This document shows positions 24,701-28,773 of a stretch of DNA of 28,773 nucleotides, piece by piece. The DNA is from a virus (lineage: Duplodnaviria > Caudoviricetes). The stretch lies in the IMG/VR virus record IMGVR_UViG_3300030708_001195, positions 1 through 28,773 of that record. One strand, given 5' to 3'. Numbering within the stretch: position 1 is the stretch's first letter; every line of letters begins with the position of its first letter. A program made the translations under genes and the position numbers. The notes beneath the pieces are model-generated. The model searched no databases, was not told the origin of the DNA, and saw only the letters and a program-made list of their open reading frames with translations.

Positions 24701-27700
24701 CGGTGGTTTTGGTGTATTCATATCAAGATTAAACGGACCGTGACTCACAGCGTAGTTTGCGCCATGATAGTGAACTGTCTCAAAGTGTTCAGGCATACTG
24801 TTGTATGCAGCCTTGTTGACTGCTCGGTCACTGGTGAGATTACCCCAAGTTCTTGAACCATCAGAGTAGAAGGTGTGTGGGCGACCAAGATTTGGATGCC
24901 ACATACAAAGGAAAGCATCAGGTGTATGAAGGCTATTCGTATCACGAGTCCCTGCGAGCATTTGAGGGAGAGTTCTTGTTAACACACTTGACTTACTATC
25001 GTTGAATAATGAAGACGCAGCGGCGGTTGAGTATTCTCTTGTAAGACGGAGAATTGCTCCATCTTGCGGCATAGTTGTGGTTGTCGGGACAATGATGAGG
25101 TTGGTTTTGTTCATCGTTGTAGCATTGTTTGTTGTGCCCGAGCGAACAGTATAATCGAACTCAGCAGTGGTTCCGTCGCTTTTTGTATATTGCAACTTCT
25201 GCCCATAATAAGGAACTTCAGGGAGATGCGATGCATCATCTACCACAATACCGTAAAACGTCAAGGTGCCGTTTGTTACTGCACCGCCAGTGGTTGATGC
25301 GCTCAATTCAAACTCAGTATCACTTGTTACAGATGCAACAAACGCACCTGCTGGTATACCAGTGCCAGTCACCAACATACCTGCTTTGATTTGACCATCA
25401 TCATCATCGTGTGTGATAGTAGGGTCATTGTTGTAATCACATGTAGCATTCGTGAAGGATGTTGACTGAACAGTCATCACTGGAGACAGGCTTGCGTTAG
25501 CCAAGACCTTAGAATACATATCAGGATAGATACTTGGGTAACCAGCAAGAGTCAACTGACAGCCAATAGAGCCGAAACTAGCGCGACAGAACTCGTAGTA
25601 ATTATCTATACGCGCAAGAGAAAGATGTCTAAAACCAGTAGCGGTGCTATCATCGGGTCCAACCTTGTGCATGATAGACCACCAAGGAATGTGTAGTGTT
25701 CTTCCGGGTGTTGAGTCACTAAACATACCCACGTGATATGCATGTGTAGAGCGAGTAAACGCTGGACTCTGATTACCCTGCACGCCAAGAGCGTTATAGG
25801 TCAACAACGGTGGTATGTTGGTGAACTGTCCACCGTGGTCAGGGTCATGGTCAAGAATAACCTCGTTGATGAACACCTCACAACCACGCACATCCGCAAG
25901 TGTAGCCTCTGCGAGAATTAACGTCACACCACCAATAGCAGAGCCTCGCTCGCTATCATACTTGATACCAACAACAAGATTGACTTGTTGACTGGTTAAC
26001 TCTACAGCAGAGCCGTTTGGTAGAGAAGTGGCTGAACTATGATTTGCATGGAAACCAGCAATCTGTTGCTTACGTGCATTTGGTTGTATAACAATCTGAT
26101 ATGCACCAACTTCAGCAGGGTCAGGGAAGTGCCTGTCAAGAGTGTAGTTACCCGCTGCTTCGAGAATGATAGAGTGACCACCGGCCTTGTTCATATCACC
26201 AGCAGTGCCCTTAGATGCAAGGATTCCATACCCGTCATACTTGACTTTAGTTTCAAACATCAGCGTAAAAGCACCACCATGAATATCACTTGGACCTGAT
26301 GGTAACGCTGTTAGAGAACCAATGCGGAGTGGTGGGTTAAGTGGATGCATCTTATCTGTGATTGTTGAACTGAGTGATGTATCAACTAAACCAATATTGT
26401 CTTTGAGTGTGATGTAATCTTCATCAACACGAGATACTCTATTCTCACTACGAGAACGTGAGTAAAGACCTTGATAGGCAGGATGCGCCCAATGACCCGG
26501 TAGCATGGGCATGGTTGCGTTAACGAAGTGATGACCCATACGTGGGTATGGCATGGGCGTCAATTGCGGCTTACTGTATCGCGTGTGTAAGAGAGTGTCT
26601 TGGTCACCATCAAAGTAGAGTGTATGCGCCATATCTGGACTATTACCACTAACTTCAGCGTGGTCACGAAGACGACGAGCAGCAAAGAAGCGAGTGCTTC
26701 CCGCTGGCACATAGTAGGATGGTGAGATATTGATTGTTGATGTTGCAGGTGGATTATCGACTAAGAACTGGTCAAAGTCAATATCACCTATTACACCTGT
26801 AAAAGTAGCACCGCTAATACCCGTATACGATACAACCACTGCGTCACTTGCAGTCGCGAGGCGCAGGAAGCGACGATTATCACTTCGCTCTTTTGATGCA
26901 AAGTCAGCATCAAAAACAGCAGATGTAACAGTTGCTGAAGCAGTTAACGTAGTGCCGCTGAAACTACTCACCGTCAAGGATTGGTTAACAACACCGCTGG
27001 CGTGATTGTAAGTTACAGGATAGCGTTCTGTGTGACTATGTCCCATCTTTGTAATATGGAAGAACAACGTCCTATCATGTAGTTCGTAAGATGATTGTAT
27101 TGGGTTGTCCTGTGTTGCGCCTGTCCAACCATCTCGCGTGCTATCAGGGAAAGATTCAGTTTGTGAGATATGTTCCCAACCAACTTCACCCATTGTAGGA
27201 CCAAAGCGCGGCCCTTTGATTACGTTGTCAAACAGGTGACCAACATGAGATGCACCAAGGTCTGGATGTAACATACCACCGTCACCAATGTTCTCATTCT
27301 GATAGGCTTGCAATCTATCATATCCTGAACGCACGATGATGTTACCCGGTATCGCGTCAGGATTGGGAAGGCGAACTTTCAGGTTTGGCTCAACACCACT
27401 ATTCGCATTGGCTGGTTGTAACCCACTAGCAAGTCGTTCACCTGCTGTTTGGAATGCACGAATGATTACACCAAATGGTGAACCACCCTCAATCTTGTGT
27501 GTCTGCCCTGTGTCATCAACAACTTCTATTGCTTCAAATTGCAACTCCTCGTTTGGTATCTCCAAAATATTACGCAACTCATGCGGGTGTCGTGCTGCTA
27601 GTTGAGGATGTGCAAGTTCTTGTGCCTGTAGAATAGGCATCATAGCGCTGTTTGTTGTTTCAAACGAGAATCGCACGTTACCATACAACTTCTCTCCCAT

Positions 27701-28773
27701 AGTGTATTCTGCGTTACTCTTGACGCGGTTAATCCATGGGATAGCACCAAGACCACGTGCATTGACTGTAGGAAGGGAAAGGCTCCCTCCATCCATACGT
27801 TTCCAAACAGCGTGCTCGATGTTGAAGTTCTTCGCAGGAGAGCGTTTGTAAACATCATATCCATTTACGTCACCAACCCAAAATGATTTTCCAGTAGCGT
27901 CATTTTTGAAAGAGGCAGACGGGCGATTGGTGGGATTAGCATAAAAGTCAGCACCAACGTTACGTTGCCCAGTGGCAGTGGCTGAGAACTCAGTCCCTAT
28001 GCTGTGGTCAAGGTCAAAGAACAGGTCGCCGGTTTCAGCCCTACAAGGTGTAGCGTTCTCAAGGCTGGTGTCAGCAGAAATTGCATCATGAAGGAAGAAA
28101 GTGTCATCAAATGGGGCGGCGTCTAATCCATTAGTAGCAGTGTAATCAGCAACACTCGGTGTGCTGGTGCTACTTACAATCAGCGCCTCTACATTTGGAC
28201 CAGCGTTTGCAGTGCAGGTAAAACGGTCTTGTCCGTGTATGCGTTCATCCCAGCGTGTAGTCCCAGCCTTTGCCTTGTTTGTTTGCTGTTCAGCAAGAAG
28301 CCAGTCACCAGTGCAAGTAATCCCATCACGGTCATACTTAGCGATAAGTGGTAACTCCGACTCATACGCTACAACAAGGAATGCGCGAGCATAAACACCC
28401 TGAGGGTGACGAAGTTCAGATGCAATATTTTCTTCACTGTAGTAAGTCGGTGTGCTATTAAAATCAGATGTGTCCGCATAACCGGGAACATAAGCATTGT
28501 AAGCAGACGTAGTGCGCGCTTCGTTTGTCATATTACCAAGTGTCCCATAAGGTGCGAATGTTCCACCAGCACCGGGGAAGTTGATGTAGGATTCATCAGG
28601 ACGTATGGATTCACCACTGTTCGGCATCGGTGCTGTATGTGGTAGATGAGATAGAGTTGTCATGCAACTGTTCGCATTCCCGTATGGTGAGAAACCAAGT
28701 GAGGGATGCCATGCACCAAGCCCAGCGGCATAGGATGAGCCAACTAATAGGCTGTTGAGATACGAGTATCGTT
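21764..28773 (-). CDS. Giant (>2300 aa) putative virion structural/tail protein, 5'-truncated by the window edge
   Basis: The frame of ORF 21764..28663 remains open to the window end (RYSYLNSLLVGSSYAAGLGAWHPSLGFSPYGNANSC-MTT...). It is G/S/T/A-rich with embedded beta-rich modules and lies upstream of hub-like genes. Confidence 0.7.
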   Translation of the reverse strand, partial: RYSYLNSLLVGSSYAAGLGAWHPSLGFSPYGNANSCMTTLSHLPHTAPMPNSGESIRPDESYINFPGAGGTFAPYGTLGNMTNEARTTSAYNAYVPGYADTSDFNSTPTYYSEENIASELRHPQGVYARAFLVVAYESELPLIAKYDRDGITCTGDWLLAEQQTNKAKAGTTRWDERIHGQDRFTCTANAGPNVEALIVSSTSTPSVADYTATNGLDAAPFDDTFFLHDAISADTSLENATPCRAETGDLFFDLDHSIGTEFSATATGQRNVGADFYANPTNRPSASFKNDATGKSFWVGDVNGYDVYKRSPAKNFNIEHAVWKRMDGGSLSLPTVNARGLGAIPWINRVKSNAEYTMGEKLYGNVRFSFETTNSAMMPILQAQELAHPQLAARHPHELRNILEIPNEELQFEAIEVVDDTGQTHKIEGGSPFGVIIRAFQTAGERLASGLQPANANSGVEPNLKVRLPNPDAIPGNIIVRSGYDRLQAYQNENIGDGGMLHPDLGASHVGHLFDNVIKGPRFGPTMGEVGWEHISQTESFPDSTRDGWTGATQDNPIQSSYELHDRTLFFHITKMGHSHTERYPVTYNHASGVVNQSLTVSSFSGTTLTASATVTSAVFDADFASKERSDNRRFLRLATASDAVVVSYTGISGATFTGVIGDIDFDQFLVDNPPATSTINISPSYYVPAGSTRFFAARRLRDHAEVSGNSPDMAHTLYFDGDQDTLLHTRYSKPQLTPMPYPRMGHHFVNATMPMLPGHWAHPAYQGLYSRSRSENRVSRVDEDYITLKDNIGLVDTSLSSTITDKMHPLNPPLRIGSLTALPSGPSDIHGGAFTLMFETKVKYDGYGILASKGTAGDMNKAGGHSIILEAAGNYTLDRHFPDPAEVGAYQIVIQPNARKQQIAGFHANHSSATSLPNGSAVELTSQQVNLVVGIKYDSERGSAIGGVTLILAEATLADVRGCEVFINEVILDHDPDHGGQFTNIPPLLTYNALGVQGNQSPAFTRSTHAYHVGMFSDSTPGRTLHIPWWSIMHKVGPDDSTATGFRHLSLARIDNYYEFCRASFGSIGCQLTLAGYPSIYPDMYSKVLANASLSPVMTVQSTSFTNATCDYNNDPTITHDDDDGQIKAGMLVTGTGIPAGAFVASVTSDTEFELSASTTGGAVTNGTLTFYGIVVDDASHLPEVPYYGQKLQYTKSDGTTAEFDYTVRSGTTNNATTMNKTNLIIVPTTTTMPQDGAILRLTREYSTAAASSLFNDSKSSVLTRTLPQMLAGTRDTNSLHTPDAFLCMWHPNLGRPHTFYSDGSRTWGNLTSDRAVNKAAYNSMPEHFETVHYHGANYAVSHGPFNLDMNTPKPPEKISLAVASVGSTFLTFSGNNASEMSAGTLLFTSDGLFIGKTSGAIHFSGTTTAGFTTNLINNPGVGDFIYKNADGSVDTATNIHAMSGYEAQGSATVMLSHYWPCGSRGGPLNSRLDGYAAWSAAWHVPRAYTAAGATYWTDADDDGSYAVSSGITTAAASSITTRRYPFGYRFGLRQPWNRPQWGHYGMRAYQEAATHASASNFTVGYKAGPLTEYETQSWNYAGGAGLANSTLPVTYVGIMERQTNASAMLGVDKPEWQVRYSDGRRMTRGFGCPVRTLRDTNSAATATLTVTDGDAASGMTEKQTIVLTSTDGTSRTYVLVDDNATTVATGDVLTASSDTGASTAGSALAGGIAVAINLTGSASTQNAFLVQLKAAIEHANGHNGKITVSAVPTEANGNQAITLTQAKTGLAGNTTITEDLANLTKSDFSGAEAVPRDWWGDSEALGITTIDAAVGYYLVDWWGNTRGEDVRRAPVRGFGIRPAWDAGDAYEYDRTNNRTPHARIWNNGKPIFNVKGVLDSSGNLLSATTASVPRFGGTKNSTNNNDSNSLVDVFAPTNAMRVGDMGGGRGVRYPTQFNEDLLVELDAVYEGSGVVLSHHTAEPAFGQGYVRPRNDVLQSDEVTRGISARLEIDEDGLLKPEAVVSDRVEEISGTSVHKDAISRTSPRIGIDAQSLESLKGEINRDMVAINTEAHSLHTDRGVGQRVVLHGGMQAGSQTLGDYDLTSLSFAAQPHGGVMRFSHTSNIKPMGGSYILESRSFVNPFDDTGWGRASLAGGQKTSNPYQTTTYDSTSAQTNYKDASVKFMVRPVRLLDNQHIEVFRPEHNLHSSSPQDGGTFFSATAGGKYGLFTYETTNGRAADGFFIGGSSNPATNAPYQPVYLMETSSDTVPVAKGPKLPGTEATTFDKTTLKGTVTRLVISENTLQHFRSDAPRNTGVDKDFTVKPRFSQSLHSKGHKEDVTFTTSDHSGDAS

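Larger units (their letters stand above)
1..28773. mobile_element. Segment of an archaeal tailed virus genome (magrovirus-like)
   Basis: Divergent archaeal-type replisome genes (PolB, PCNA, RFC, AEP, MCM-like), ERCC4, Cas4-like nuclease and thermosome are packed with ATGA/TAATG overlaps and converge on a structural module. No metabolic or housekeeping genes are present. Confidence 0.8.

Noticed and set aside
17313-28645. Plus-strand and alternative-frame ORFs within the structural arm
   Set aside because: They are shadows of long minus-strand genes with biased codon usage and have no independent support.

Overview
This window is most consistent with a fragment of a tailed dsDNA virus of archaea, resembling the 'magroviruses' of Marine Group II Euryarchaeota/Poseidoniales. 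That assignment is inferred from gene content only; no search was run. Bases 1-16909 (+) are a tightly packed, mostly translationally coupled archaeal-type replication/recombination module: TFB-like fragment, degenerate ATP-dependent-ligase-like protein, degenerate LAGLIDADG-like protein, RFC small subunit, putative ssDNA-binding protein, RecA/Sak4-like ATPase, PCNA-like clamp, family B polymerase, Cas4-like nuclease, PriS-PriL fusion primase, ERCC4 nuclease, MCM-like ATPase, DEDD exonuclease, group II chaperonin and several zinc-binding microproteins. Bases 16878-28773 (-) are a convergent virion-structure module, including a >2300-aa protein truncated by the window edge. The most unusual locus is 19803-21674, a mosaic inside the structural module built from three pairs of near-perfect 25-35 bp direct repeats that bracket unrelated coding segments. 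It encodes a recurring PM(D/N)LAWRLLK peptide and two tandem ADP-ribosyltransferase-like domains, each preceded by a PCNA-interacting (PIP-box-like) motif, RQTELGEFH. I propose, as inference, a repeat-shuffled cassette system for clamp-targeted and possibly virion-delivered effectors.
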